DNA of 25,248 nt from a virus (IMGVR_UViG_2609459844_000006:1-25248); one strand, 5' to 3'. Positions 1-8,080 are shown, numbered from the stretch's first letter. The notes: a model not told the origin generated them from the letters alone. Program-made: numbers and translations.

Positions 1-1128
1 TCAAATGACCAGTTTTTTCCATTCTTTGCCACGCGTGTCGTTGTAGTGATCAGTCATTACTTTACTGCTATGGCCCAACAAAATTTGTGTGTCGATACCT
101 TGCTCCCTGAATATTCTTTCAGCCAAAGAACGTTGCTCATGGAAAGAAGGGGGAGCACCTTTGCTTGACCAGTCGTAGTCAACTGAGTCACGTGCTTTTC
201 TGAACGCACCAGTTAGAGATGCCGGTTTTACCATTCCGCCTCTTTTGCCTTTCCCTTTGTCGTGGTGATGATGTAGTAAATACGGGCTAAGTATCCTGTC
301 CCGGCATTGAGAGATTACATCTTCAAGAGAAATGTTTAACTTGTTACAACGTAACTTTAAAGGTATTGCGATTTTGGCACCTGTTTTACTTTGTTCAACG
401 AAGAGGTGACCATCTCTGACATCTGAAAACCTCATATTACAAATATCGGCCAACCGCTGTCCTGTGATGATGGCCAGCAGCATTCCTTTCTGTAGAAAGT
501 AATTATCTTTTTTGGCTGCCTGATAGATCATTAGCCATTCTTCGAACGTCAGGCGTTGTCTGGAGACACGGACCTGCGGTTTTTTTGTAGCTTCAGCTGG
601 ATTAAATCCTGCCGGTACTTCTCCTACCTGCTGTGCTTCTTTAAAAACATCCGACAGCACTTTGCGTACAATTTGTGCCATCCGTAGTTGGCCTTTATTT
701 TTGTAGTCATCGAGGATCCCAACTATATCCTTAACTGTTATGCTGTCGATGGACCGCATGCCAAGATGACTTTCGAAAACGTTAAGTGGGGCGTTTTTCT
801 GCTTGAGCGTATTGAGTTTTATCTCTCCAGTTTCGTAACGCTGGTCCTGCAACTTTCGGTACCGAACAATCCATTCGCTTACCGTTGTAGAAAGCCCACA
901 CCGTTTATTAATTTCTTCTCTGATTTTAAAAGTGTGCCGCATTTGTCTTTCTGCGAGCCGGCTATTTGCTTCCACAGCTATTTCTTTAGCAACTTGCTCA
1001 TCTGTTCCTAATCCATGAAATTTACCAGTTACAGGGTGCTTATACCTCCAGTACACCTTGTTGGTCCTCGAATCCAGGAAACATGACAATCCGGGAATGG
1101 TCACGTTGTGTTTTCGAGGTCTAGCCAT
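1..1128 (-). CDS. int: phage tyrosine integrase (lambda-family site-specific recombinase)
   Basis: 375-aa ORF; C-terminal catalytic region shows the R...HxxR...Y pattern of tyrosine recombinases (HEQRSLAER, LLGHSS, DHYND). Window begins at its stop codon, so the att site is presumably outside the window. Confidence 0.9.
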   Translation of the reverse strand: MARPRKHNVTIPGLSCFLDSRTNKVYWRYKHPVTGKFHGLGTDEQVAKEIAVEANSRLAERQMRHTFKIREEINKRCGLSTTVSEWIVRYRKLQDQRYETGEIKLNTLKQKNAPLNVFESHLGMRSIDSITVKDIVGILDDYKNKGQLRMAQIVRKVLSDVFKEAQQVGEVPAGFNPAEATKKPQVRVSRQRLTFEEWLMIYQAAKKDNYFLQKGMLLAIITGQRLADICNMRFSDVRDGHLFVEQSKTGAKIAIPLKLRCNKLNISLEDVISQCRDRILSPYLLHHHHDKGKGKRGGMVKPASLTGAFRKARDSVDYDWSSKGAPPSFHEQRSLAERIFREQGIDTQILLGHSSKVMTDHYNDTRGKEWKKLVI

Positions 1129-1318
1129 CTTCTAAAATCCTTCTGAGTAGTGGGTGATCTTGATTTTTAATTACTGGTTCTGTTGTGAGTCCAGTAAATC
1201 GGGCATTAGCTTCAACGCGCCAGCTTTTCCCAACACGGCAAGGCAGAGGAAAGATCATCCCGTTTTTGGCGTATTTGTTGAGAGTGGACTTGCTCGGAAT
1301 CGGGTCCCCGCATCGCAT
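1121..1318 (-). CDS. excisionase-like (Xis/AlpA-type HTH) segment; lacks convincing own start/RBS, possibly the frameshifted 3' part of the upstream ORF
   Basis: Frame encodes ...SKSTLNKYAKNGMIFPLPCRVGKSWRVEANARF..., resembling the recognition-helix/wing motif of AlpA/Xis excisionases. Overlaps int start by 8 nt. N-terminal portion of this frame (upstream of 1318) is hydrophobic junk overlapping a better ORF in another frame. Confidence 0.35.
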   Translation of the reverse strand: MRCGDPIPSKSTLNKYAKNGMIFPLPCRVGKSWRVEANARFTGLTTEPVIKNQDHPLLRRILEDG

Positions 1319-1499
1319 ACAGAACAGGTTCAGAGCTATCAGCTTTGCGGCGTTCCTGCAAATCACGCAGCGCCAACAGCTCGATACACTCAGGATATTC
1401 GTAATCGCCGTCCCAAAAATCACGACTGGCAGAACGTCTGTCCTCAATCGCGTTAATGCGTCTTTTGATTTTCTCGTCTGTTAGTTTGTTATTGGTCAT
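1212..1499 (-). CDS. hypothetical phage protein (N-terminal part convincing; 3' end overlaps excisionase-like frame)
   Basis: 95-aa ORF, charged protein-like N-terminus (MTNNKLTDEKIKRRINAIEDRR...), SD-like GGGAG 9 nt upstream, ATGA stop/start overlap with upstream gene. Confidence 0.4.
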   Translation of the reverse strand: MTNNKLTDEKIKRRINAIEDRRSASRDFWDGDYEYPECIELLALRDLQERRKADSSEPVLYAMRGPDSEQVHSQQIRQKRDDLSSALPCWEKLAR

Positions 1500-1750
1500 T
1501 TGGCCTGCTCCCGCGCATTAAGAATCTTCAGACACTTAGGACAGTTAATTTCGACATGCTCTTTCATCTGATACCAGCCAGCCCGATTCATACTGCTATA
1601 CCGGTCCTGGCGAGGTTTATCTCCGCAAAGAGCACCAGATGATGGCGCGTGGCCAGCTTCGGTCAACTCCATGACATGGACGACTGAGCCGCCTTTGCGT
1701 CGTGCGCGTATTTCCCTGCCGATGAGTCGGGTTTTAGAAATAGTTGTCAT
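1496..1750 (-). CDS. hypothetical small phage protein (contains CPKC motif)
   Basis: 84-aa ORF with AGAGGA SD 6 nt upstream of ATG; ATGA overlap with downstream gene; part of the co-directional early-left gene string. Confidence 0.5.
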   Translation of the reverse strand: MTTISKTRLIGREIRARRKGGSVVHVMELTEAGHAPSSGALCGDKPRQDRYSSMNRAGWYQMKEHVEINCPKCLKILNAREQAK

Positions 1751-2079
1751 GCTGCCAATCCTCTGCGTTGATGGCCCAGCGTGTAACGCGCTTCTATCGG
1801 GTCTTCTTCTTCGTATTCACAATTGACGCTTTTAACCATTGCCACACAGCACTCGTTGCAGCACCGATAGGACATGAGTTCGCCGTCGAATTTCCACGCC
1901 GTACTACGGTGAATTTCATCCTTTAAAATTACGCCAGCGCAAATGTGGCATTTGTATTCACCTCGAGAGGTAACGATTTTGTTCGATAGTTCTGTATCGC
2001 ATGGCGTACCGAAATCACCTTCGAAAAGATCAAAGTCCAGTGCGTCGTCTAAATCCTGTTTGTTGAGTGAGTTAGTCAT
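1747..2079 (-). CDS. hypothetical Cys-rich small protein (possible zinc-binding)
   Basis: Start chosen at internal ATG (2079..2077) preceded by GGAGG; contains C-x2-C and CCNECC cysteine clusters. Confidence 0.5.
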   Translation of the reverse strand: MTNSLNKQDLDDALDFDLFEGDFGTPCDTELSNKIVTSRGEYKCHICAGVILKDEIHRSTAWKFDGELMSYRCCNECCVAMVKSVNCEYEEEDPIEARYTLGHQRRGLAA

Positions 2080-2416
2080 TCCAGGCCTCCAGCTCATTCT
2101 GAATCTCTTCGTCGATTTCGTCATTGGTGGCGTCTTCGTTCAGATAGGCGCGCGCCTCTTTGAAATACTTGTCGCGGCGCTCGTCATACCAGGCAGAGAA
2201 CTCAGGCGACCAGGCGTGGGTATGTCAGAAAAAATCGACTCTGGCGTTATCTTCTGCGAGACGCTCAACCATGCAGTAAGCTGTGATTAAACCGCATTCA
2301 CGGATGTACCCGCGCAGGTCGCGCTTACGCCAGTAGGGGCTATGTTTCGAGTCGCAGCGGCCTTTAAATTCGACGGTCCAGCGACGGATGCAGCGTGCGT
2401 TTAATGATTTGCTCAT
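2072..2416 (-). pseudogene. phage hypothetical gene interrupted by in-frame TGA (at 2227..2225)
   Basis: ATG 2416..2414 with GAAGGAG SD. After the TGA, the same frame stays open for 50 protein-like acidic codons (HTHAWSPEFSAWYDERRDKYFKEARAYLNEDATNDEIDEEIQNELEAWND) with no internal ATG/GTG/TTG, ending in a stop that overlaps the next gene start. Confidence 0.4.
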
Positions 2417-3042
2417 AGCGCTACTCCTTCGCGAAGTTGGGCGGCGAACTCGCAAACTGTTACACCACCTTCCTCTGTGTAATCTGCTGACGAGATATGC
2501 AGACCGTGGACAATACTTCCGTCGTCATGTTGGATGTTGCCAACCCACAACAGTCCGTCAGTAAAATCACCGTACCCGGATTCATGGCCGTCACCGCATT
2601 GCGAGCAAATAGACTCAATGTCGGATGGGTCAAGAAAGATTTGTTGAGGCACGAGCACGTAACCTTCAGGGATTGCACCTGCCCGCACTTCAGCCAGGAA
2701 AGCGTCGGTGGCTGGGGTTTTGCAGTAGGCATCACGCAAGGCTGGCATGCACTTATCCATCATCATTTCCATTTTCCCTGCTTCAGCAGCAGCCCAATGA
2801 GCCAGGGTTTCTTTTGCCGCTGCCTTCAGCGCCGCATTCTCAGCAACTACCGCCGCCAGCTGCCTGCACTTGCTCTCGGCTGCTTCCAGTTCATTCAATA
2901 GCGCCAGCACAGTGGCAGGGTTAGCGGCGGCGATGAATCGCTTATTGGCCTCGATGCCTTTCGTGTAACGCTTGATGATGCCAAGCTCGTGGGCATCAGT
3001 TGCTAACTGGCGCAGCGCCGCATATTTGTTGAGTGCTGTCAT
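2413..3042 (-). CDS. Ea22-like early protein (coiled-coil N-terminus)
   Basis: 209-aa ORF; Ala/Glu-rich N-terminal coiled-coil-like region followed by Cys/His-containing C-terminal domain, resembling lambdoid ead/Ea22-family proteins; family call from memory only. Confidence 0.5.
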   Translation of the reverse strand: MTALNKYAALRQLATDAHELGIIKRYTKGIEANKRFIAAANPATVLALLNELEAAESKCRQLAAVVAENAALKAAAKETLAHWAAAEAGKMEMMMDKCMPALRDAYCKTPATDAFLAEVRAGAIPEGYVLVPQQIFLDPSDIESICSQCGDGHESGYGDFTDGLLWVGNIQHDDGSIVHGLHISSADYTEEGGVTVCEFAAQLREGVAL

Positions 3043-3293
3043 TGGGCTGATTCCTGTCTGGCTCTATTCAACAACTGGTTAAACATCATGGTTAGGCTGT
3101 TACTGCACCCAAATGGCATATCGTTAACACGGTATGTTGGAATGCCCTTGCGAACACCTGACTTCACGATCCGGCCGGTGCCATAGAGTTGCGATAATGC
3201 GCCAGCGACCGCGGGTGTCTTTTTGTTCATACCTTTGGCGATTTCACCGCTGGTGGTATTCGGATGAGCCTGGAGATATTCAAATACGGTCAT
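3039..3293 (-). CDS. hypothetical small protein, possibly DNA-binding
   Basis: 84-aa ORF in operon context with ATGA-type overlaps on both sides. Confidence 0.5.
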   Translation of the reverse strand: MTVFEYLQAHPNTTSGEIAKGMNKKTPAVAGALSQLYGTGRIVKSGVRKGIPTYRVNDMPFGCSNSLTMMFNQLLNRARQESAQ

Positions 3294-3457
3294 GGCGTTT
3301 TACCTTTACGTTCCTGTTCCAGTTGCACCAGAGACTCTTTTAATGCTGCGAACGTAGCGTCCAGTCTGGTGGCAACTTCGCGCATAAGCGGTGCATGCTT
3401 TGGTGGCAGTTCAGCAACGGAGGCAAAAGCCTCCGTAACGAGTTCTTTTACCTTCAT
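3290..3457 (-). CDS. hypothetical small protein (55 aa)
   Basis: Not in the ORF track (below 60 aa). Hand-translated MKVKELVTEAFASVAELPPKHAPLMREVATRLDATFAALKESLVQLEQERKGKTP; start overlaps stop of upstream HD gene (ATGA) and its stop overlaps the next start, suggesting translational coupling. Confidence 0.35.
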   Translation of the reverse strand: MKVKELVTEAFASVAELPPKHAPLMREVATRLDATFAALKESLVQLEQERKGKTP

Positions 3458-3993
3458 GCGGCGCATTGGCGCAGCTCCGCCAGTTCGTTAAAGCGGTTCA
3501 TGAACAGGCCATAGGATTGACCTGGACGGAGAGGGATAACCTGAACGAGATCAGAGCAGGGAATACCTTCGAGAATTTCCCACTTCGAACCGTTATCGAT
3601 TTCCAGATCACGGCGCTCGGTAGCTAACATGGTTAGATCGGCGTATTTCACGACGGCAGATTGCTCAAGCGGGATACCGAATTTAAAGCGGATAAGACCA
3701 TCAACATAAGTTTCCATGCGCTGGTAGTCAGGCAGCAAGGCTTTGAGCGGGGCTGGAATATCCTGGCAATATGCCTCCGCAGCGTCGTGCATCAACGCTT
3801 CAAAGGCGAACTCTGGCGGCACAATCTGGCTTACAAGCACAGAGTGCTGGGCCACGCTGTAGAACTCTGGCAGATGCCCAGCGAATCGACAGATGTTGGA
3901 AAGAGCAGTCGCGATATCCTCAACATCGATATCGTCGATTGTGGCGGTCAGGTAGTTAAATTTTTTACCGGATAATGTCTGAATGTAGCTCAT
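3454..3993 (-). CDS. HD-domain phosphohydrolase (YfdR-like, 5'-deoxynucleotidase-type)
   Basis: H..HD motif (ALMHDAAEAY) typical of HD-superfamily metal-dependent phosphohydrolases; start set at internal ATG 3993 preceded by GGAGAAAACC. Confidence 0.6.
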   Translation of the reverse strand: MSYIQTLSGKKFNYLTATIDDIDVEDIATALSNICRFAGHLPEFYSVAQHSVLVSQIVPPEFAFEALMHDAAEAYCQDIPAPLKALLPDYQRMETYVDGLIRFKFGIPLEQSAVVKYADLTMLATERRDLEIDNGSKWEILEGIPCSDLVQVIPLRPGQSYGLFMNRFNELAELRQCAA

Positions 3994-4086
3994 GGTTTTC
4001 TCCATATTGGCGCGCTGCACCACGCAGATTTTGGTTGCACGAATCCCTCGCCGGATGGCGATAATTAATGGAATTACGCTTCAATA

Positions 4087-4110
4087 AATCCCCGCGGCGC
4101 CGGGGATTTA
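4087..4110 (-). terminator. putative intrinsic terminator/attenuator hairpin within early-left operon
   Basis: 9-bp GC-rich inverted repeat (AAATCCCCG ... CGGGGATTT) directly downstream of the YfdQ-like stop; on the minus strand followed by TTTATTG. Confidence 0.35.
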
Positions 4111-4121
4111 ATGCAGAGCAA

Positions 4122-4949
4122 TTAGGCTTTAAAGTTACCGATGAAAGTTTCCACTGATTCACCTTCGAACTTGCTGATCAGCAAATCGCGGAATTCATTG
4201 GCGATAGCTTCTTCCTGGGCTTCCAGTTGTACTATGCGCAGTACAAAACGAGGTTCATCACCTGTAAGCAAACTGTTGCGTAAGCTAAAGCGGCGTTCGC
4301 CTAAACCTTCATACGGCACACATTTGAATTCGAACGCTACCGGCATTACGTCTTTGCTGCTGGCTTCAATACTCTGCATAAGCGATTTTTTGCCGCTGAA
4401 ATCGCTGTCTTCATGATCCTGCTGGGTTGCCTGCTGGATAGTTATACGACGAACAGCCTGGGCGGCTTGTGAAATCTGCATCGTATTGCCATCAGCATCG
4501 AACGCCAGCAGGTAATCGCTCCAGTCTTCCAGCCACTCGGCGATCTGTTTTTGTTTCAGACGCTCACCGTTGATCTGGAGAAGAGCACGGAAAGGTGCGG
4601 TCTGTTTCAGGGTGATGGATGCAACATTGTCCGCATGACCGGGGTTATCGAGTGTGCCGATGTTGAACACTGAACGGGCGGTCATGTTGTCAGCGTCAAT
4701 AAAGCAACGAGCTGGCTCACTTTCGCTGGCATAGCCTTTTGAATAACGAGCAAAATCTTCAATGCTGGTCGTGGTCATGGCACCGCGGAAGCGGAAACGC
4801 TCCAGAGAAAAACGCTCGAGGCTTTCAATGCCGGTACCCTCTGGCAGTAATGCGGTCGGGCAAGCCAGGCCATGAATATCATTCAGGTGGTAGCCAGAAA
4901 GGACCAGGTCTTTTACCTGCTGAAATGTACCGCTGTCTAACTGGGACAT
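4122..4949 (-). CDS. YfdQ-like prophage protein (DUF2303-type), function unknown
   Basis: 275-aa ORF with AAGGAA SD; gene order P-Q-HD matches the yfdP-yfdQ-yfdR arrangement of E. coli CPS-53-type prophages (from memory). Confidence 0.55.
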   Translation of the reverse strand: MSQLDSGTFQQVKDLVLSGYHLNDIHGLACPTALLPEGTGIESLERFSLERFRFRGAMTTTSIEDFARYSKGYASESEPARCFIDADNMTARSVFNIGTLDNPGHADNVASITLKQTAPFRALLQINGERLKQKQIAEWLEDWSDYLLAFDADGNTMQISQAAQAVRRITIQQATQQDHEDSDFSGKKSLMQSIEASSKDVMPVAFEFKCVPYEGLGERRFSLRNSLLTGDEPRFVLRIVQLEAQEEAIANEFRDLLISKFEGESVETFIGNFKA

Positions 4950-5005
4950 ATAAATTCCTTATTAACTGATGATCGAAGAGGTATCAGTGAATTTTTTGTT
5001 GCGGA

Positions 5006-5377
5006 TCACTGAGCCGCTTTAAGCTTTCCGTCCACCGCGCCGGTGATGCCGAAGAGTTGCCCCTGATCCTCCTGGAGGATGGTGAGCTTCCCGCCTTTGT
5101 TGACCCACATTGGTGTTTCGGTGGTGTCTTCTTCAGAGACTTTGCCGCGCGGTGTTGGGGTGCTGTATTTCAGCTTGTGCTTGATCTTGACGCGTTTCTC
5201 TTCGACAGAGTTACCCATGCGCTCAAAATCAAAGGTGAGAACTACCTGGCCTTTGTTACCGTTGCTCAGAACGCCGAGCGCAGTGGTATTAAGCGCTCCT
5301 GCTATTTTGTTCATGAACACTCCGGCATCCAGTTCGCTCAGAAAGTCGGGTACTACGGTCGTGCGGTCATTACTCAT
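5006..5377 (-). CDS. hypothetical prophage protein (YfdP-like position)
   Basis: 123-aa ORF, GAGGG SD 8 nt upstream; first gene after the long ORF-free leader. Confidence 0.5.
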   Translation of the reverse strand: MSNDRTTVVPDFLSELDAGVFMNKIAGALNTTALGVLSNGNKGQVVLTFDFERMGNSVEEKRVKIKHKLKYSTPTPRGKVSEEDTTETPMWVNKGGKLTILQEDQGQLFGITGAVDGKLKAAQ

Positions 5378-6383
5378 GGTTTTACCCTCGTTAAGGCGGC
5401 TGCCACCGCCGTGTTTTCTCCATACACAACAGAGAAGGACACCTGCATTGGTCGGCGGCTTGCAGAGACCGCTGTCTTTTTGTCCGGACGGGTTGGGTTA
5501 TGAGCCCGTCACACGGTGATACCCTTTTCTGTTGCGTAAAAAGGGCGGTACCGAGGTAGAACATTATCTTCGTCCCCCTTGCATAAGGTTGAAGACCCTG
5601 GTACCGCCAAGACTACACACAGCAATACTGGAACTACGGTTATCACGGTCCTAAGCGTGATTTGGTTGTGGTGGCCGGTACTACGATATTCCGGCATGGG
5701 TTGATTATCAGTGACGCACCCTTTCGGGACACTCCCTCACGGTTTAGCGCATCAGCCTGCGCATTCACCACAACGAAGAGAGCACTGCCGGTGTTCGAAT
5801 CGAACGAACCTTTTCCCTGCCCAACCCTCCCAACAGAATGGGACTGTCTGGAATCGAACCAGCACTTATGCCTTGCTCGTCAATGCTCTCGTCGTTGTGC
5901 CCTGAAAAAGGCTGGCGGTGACCGGACAAGTGGGAAAACACCGGGCCGCCAGAACAGGGAAGTACTTGTTATTGCTTTGGCCTGCTTTTAACCACATCAG
6001 GCGCGGTGGTAGGTATCTTCGGGCGGGGTGCTAAGGGGGTGATTAGCCCTTGCCCTTAACACTCCTGCTGGTTTTGGTATTCCTGGCTTGGGTATCGCCA
6101 CCAGCTATAGGAATTTGACTACGAGTTGCGGTTAATCAGACCGCGTCTCTGTTACCCCTCCCGAAGACACCTGTCAGCGAATCATCCGGTTATTCATACG
6201 CCACCGGCGGCTACTTCGTGGGCGTCCTGCCTGTTCGCTGTTGCTTATGGCTAGTTGTAATGTTGTAAATCGTAATAACACCTTTAAGGTGTAATTTAGT
6301 TGTGAATAATGGTTATGTCAACAACTTTATGTGGTTTGATTGTGGGGCGTCTGAATGTAAGGATGTTCAAAAAAGGAGGCTGT

Positions 6384-7265
6384 ATGGAAGACAAGCTCTA
6401 CGTTTTTAACTACACACAAAATAGAAATAAGCTTTTTGCAAATTTAATCAGCATTATTGATGGGATTCTTGCCGATGGACATGTGCGGGATGAAGAGGTG
6501 CTATATCTTGATACTTGGCTACTTGAAGCCAACCAAACCATTAGAAATGGTGTTATCAAGAGTCTAAGTGTTAGGGTCTCTAAAATACTGGCCGATGGTG
6601 TTGTTTCTGATGATGAGCGTGGTGAATTAAAACTGCATCTTAATGATATACAAAGACAAATACTCGATATACCCGATGTGGATTTATTCTCCAGTGAGTC
6701 AGATCTGCATCTGTTGAATGGTCTTTGCAAGGGTTTAATATCAGATCGAACCTTAAGTGAAGAAGAAGTGAGATACCTGGACTGGTGGTTAACACAGAAC
6801 GGGGCGCTAAAAAGTAATTATCCAGGAAAGGAACTATACGCTTTAGTAAAAGAGATTCTGAGCGATGGGATCATCACCACTGAAGAAAGTGAAAATCTAC
6901 ACAAGGCGCTGGTAGATTTTACTGGTTGTGACCTTGCAAGCGGCGTCGTAGATGGGCTTTCTACTAAATTACCATTAGATAATACTGCTGAAGTTTCTGT
7001 TGAAAATAAAACATTTTGCTTAACGGGTGTTTTTTTGGCAGGAAAGAGAGCACATGTTGAAGACCTAATTAAAAAGAATAATGGACTGATTTCCAGCGGA
7101 ATCACAAAGAGAATTGATTTTCTCGTAATTGGTACTCTTTCCTCGCGTGACTGGAAGTTCTCCAGTCACGGAAGGAAAATAGAAAAAGCAGTCTCATATA
7201 GAGATGATGAAGGGGCTAAGTTAAAAATCATTTCAGAAGAAATGCTTTTTCACGCTCTACCATGA
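6384..7265 (+). CDS. tandem-repeat protein with C-terminal BRCT domain (function unknown)
   Basis: Start at ATG 6384 with perfect AAGGAGG SD. Four ~45-aa acidic repeats (ILADGHVRDEEVLYLDTWL / ILADGVVSDDERGELKLHL / LISDRTLSEEEVRYLDWWL / ILSDGIITTEESENLHKAL). C-terminus (NKTFCLTGVF..GKRAHVEDLIKKNNGLISSGITKRIDFLVIG..RDWKF..KLKIISEEMLF) matches the BRCT pattern seen in NAD-dependent ligases. AT-rich relative to flanks. Confidence 0.6.
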   Translation: MEDKLYVFNYTQNRNKLFANLISIIDGILADGHVRDEEVLYLDTWLLEANQTIRNGVIKSLSVRVSKILADGVVSDDERGELKLHLNDIQRQILDIPDVDLFSSESDLHLLNGLCKGLISDRTLSEEEVRYLDWWLTQNGALKSNYPGKELYALVKEILSDGIITTEESENLHKALVDFTGCDLASGVVDGLSTKLPLDNTAEVSVENKTFCLTGVFLAGKRAHVEDLIKKNNGLISSGITKRIDFLVIGTLSSRDWKFSSHGRKIEKAVSYRDDEGAKLKIISEEMLFHALP

Positions 7266-7943
7266 ACGTGAAGACCAGAACACGCGACCAATAACGTGTA
7301 TTCTGGCTCTTCTTTCATCAAAGTTGAGTACTTCATCCGGGTACTCTTCTTTGTTGAAACTCCGCAGTATCAAACCACCATCTGGTTGATTGATAAGAAC
7401 TTTAACTCGAAGTAAAACTCCATCTCTAACAGCGTATAAATCACCATCTCTGATAGGTTTCGACTGTGACATGTCAATCGCGACATGATCCCCATTATTC
7501 AATACTGGCAAAAGGCTGTTGCCCCAAATCTTTACGATTCTTGCGTTAGCAGGACTGACTCCAGCTTTTCTAAGATCGAAACGACGAAGAGGGAACGAAT
7601 CAACAACTGATTCCACAATTTCGGCTTCACATCCATTGCCAGCAGAGAACTCAACATCGAGAACGGGTATGTTGGCAAATACTTCAGGATCAAGTTTTGC
7701 TTCTTCAAGTTCCTCAACTACAAAATCAGAAATAGAGCCATTCTCCTCAATTCCGAGCTGTAGCCATTTTTGGGATACATCTAAAGCTTTCGCAATATCT
7801 TTGATCTTTCTAGGTTGAAGCGTATCTCCATTTTCAATTTTCGCCACAGATTGTTGAGACAGGCCTATTAGCTCGGCTAACTGAGCCTGGCTCATGCCTT
7901 TCTTCTCTCTAGCTATTTTTAGTCGTTCCGCAAGTGTATTCAC
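7257..7943 (-). CDS. cI: CI-type prophage repressor (HTH_XRE + S24 LexA-like peptidase domain)
   Basis: GTG start 7943 with AGGGGG SD 7 nt upstream; N-terminal HTH (LAERLKIAREKKGMSQAQLAELIGLSQQSVAKIENG) and C-terminal autocleavage-type domain; divergent from a Cro-like gene across operator repeats. Confidence 0.8.
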   Translation of the reverse strand: MNTLAERLKIAREKKGMSQAQLAELIGLSQQSVAKIENGDTLQPRKIKDIAKALDVSQKWLQLGIEENGSISDFVVEELEEAKLDPEVFANIPVLDVEFSAGNGCEAEIVESVVDSFPLRRFDLRKAGVSPANARIVKIWGNSLLPVLNNGDHVAIDMSQSKPIRDGDLYAVRDGVLLRVKVLINQPDGGLILRSFNKEEYPDEVLNFDERRARIHVIGRVFWSSRSW

Positions 7944-8080
7944 AACTTTACCCCCTGTATTAGGAGAGATTACAACTTTATGTTTTAGCTTTCCAACACC
8001 TAAAAGTTGTGGTAAAAGTTGTTTAGGTTGTATGATCAATGGTGCCAACAACTTTTACCTCAAACCACAGGAGAAAAACT
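7944..8080. promoter_or_regulatory. immunity-region operator/promoter region (OR-like) with repeated CAACTTT half-sites
   Basis: Five copies of the 8-mer CAACTTT(T/A) or its complement AAAAGTTG (7943-7950, 7973-7980, 8002-8009, 8014-8021, 8048-8055) between divergent cI and cro-like starts. Confidence 0.55.

Noticed and set aside
1943-2290. Plus-strand ORFs antisense to the leftward early genes (1943-2290, also 1154-1484, 2497-2924, 3134-3491, 3661-3975, 4141-4416, 4739-4969, 5057-5519)
   Set aside because: Each is fully embedded opposite a minus-strand gene with better start signals, coupling overlaps and protein-like composition; they look like shadow ORFs.
5790-5870. tRNA-like T-loop motifs (GTGTTCGAATCG on the plus strand; GGTTCGATTCC on the minus strand) suggesting a tRNA gene or att-site remnant
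   Set aside because: No matching acceptor stem, D-arm or 3' CCA context could be built by hand around either motif; the int-proximal att site should lie outside the window to the left. Left as part of the ORF-free region finding.
5662-5991. 109-aa plus-strand ORF (and 5509-5697 minus, 5711-5905 plus) in the ORF-free region
   Set aside because: Amino-acid composition is not protein-like (Cys/Arg/Pro-rich, no hydrophobic periodicity), no SD sequences, mutually overlapping frames.
6410-7105. Minus-strand ORFs (6410-6730, 6818-7105) inside the BRCT-protein gene
   Set aside because: Ser/Thr/Cys-rich translations antisense to a gene with a perfect SD and recognisable domain structure.
7257-8051. 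Longer cI ORF starting at ATG 8051 (264 aa)
   Set aside because: The extension would run through the operator cluster and lacks an SD; GTG 7943 with AGGGGG SD immediately precedes the HTH domain.
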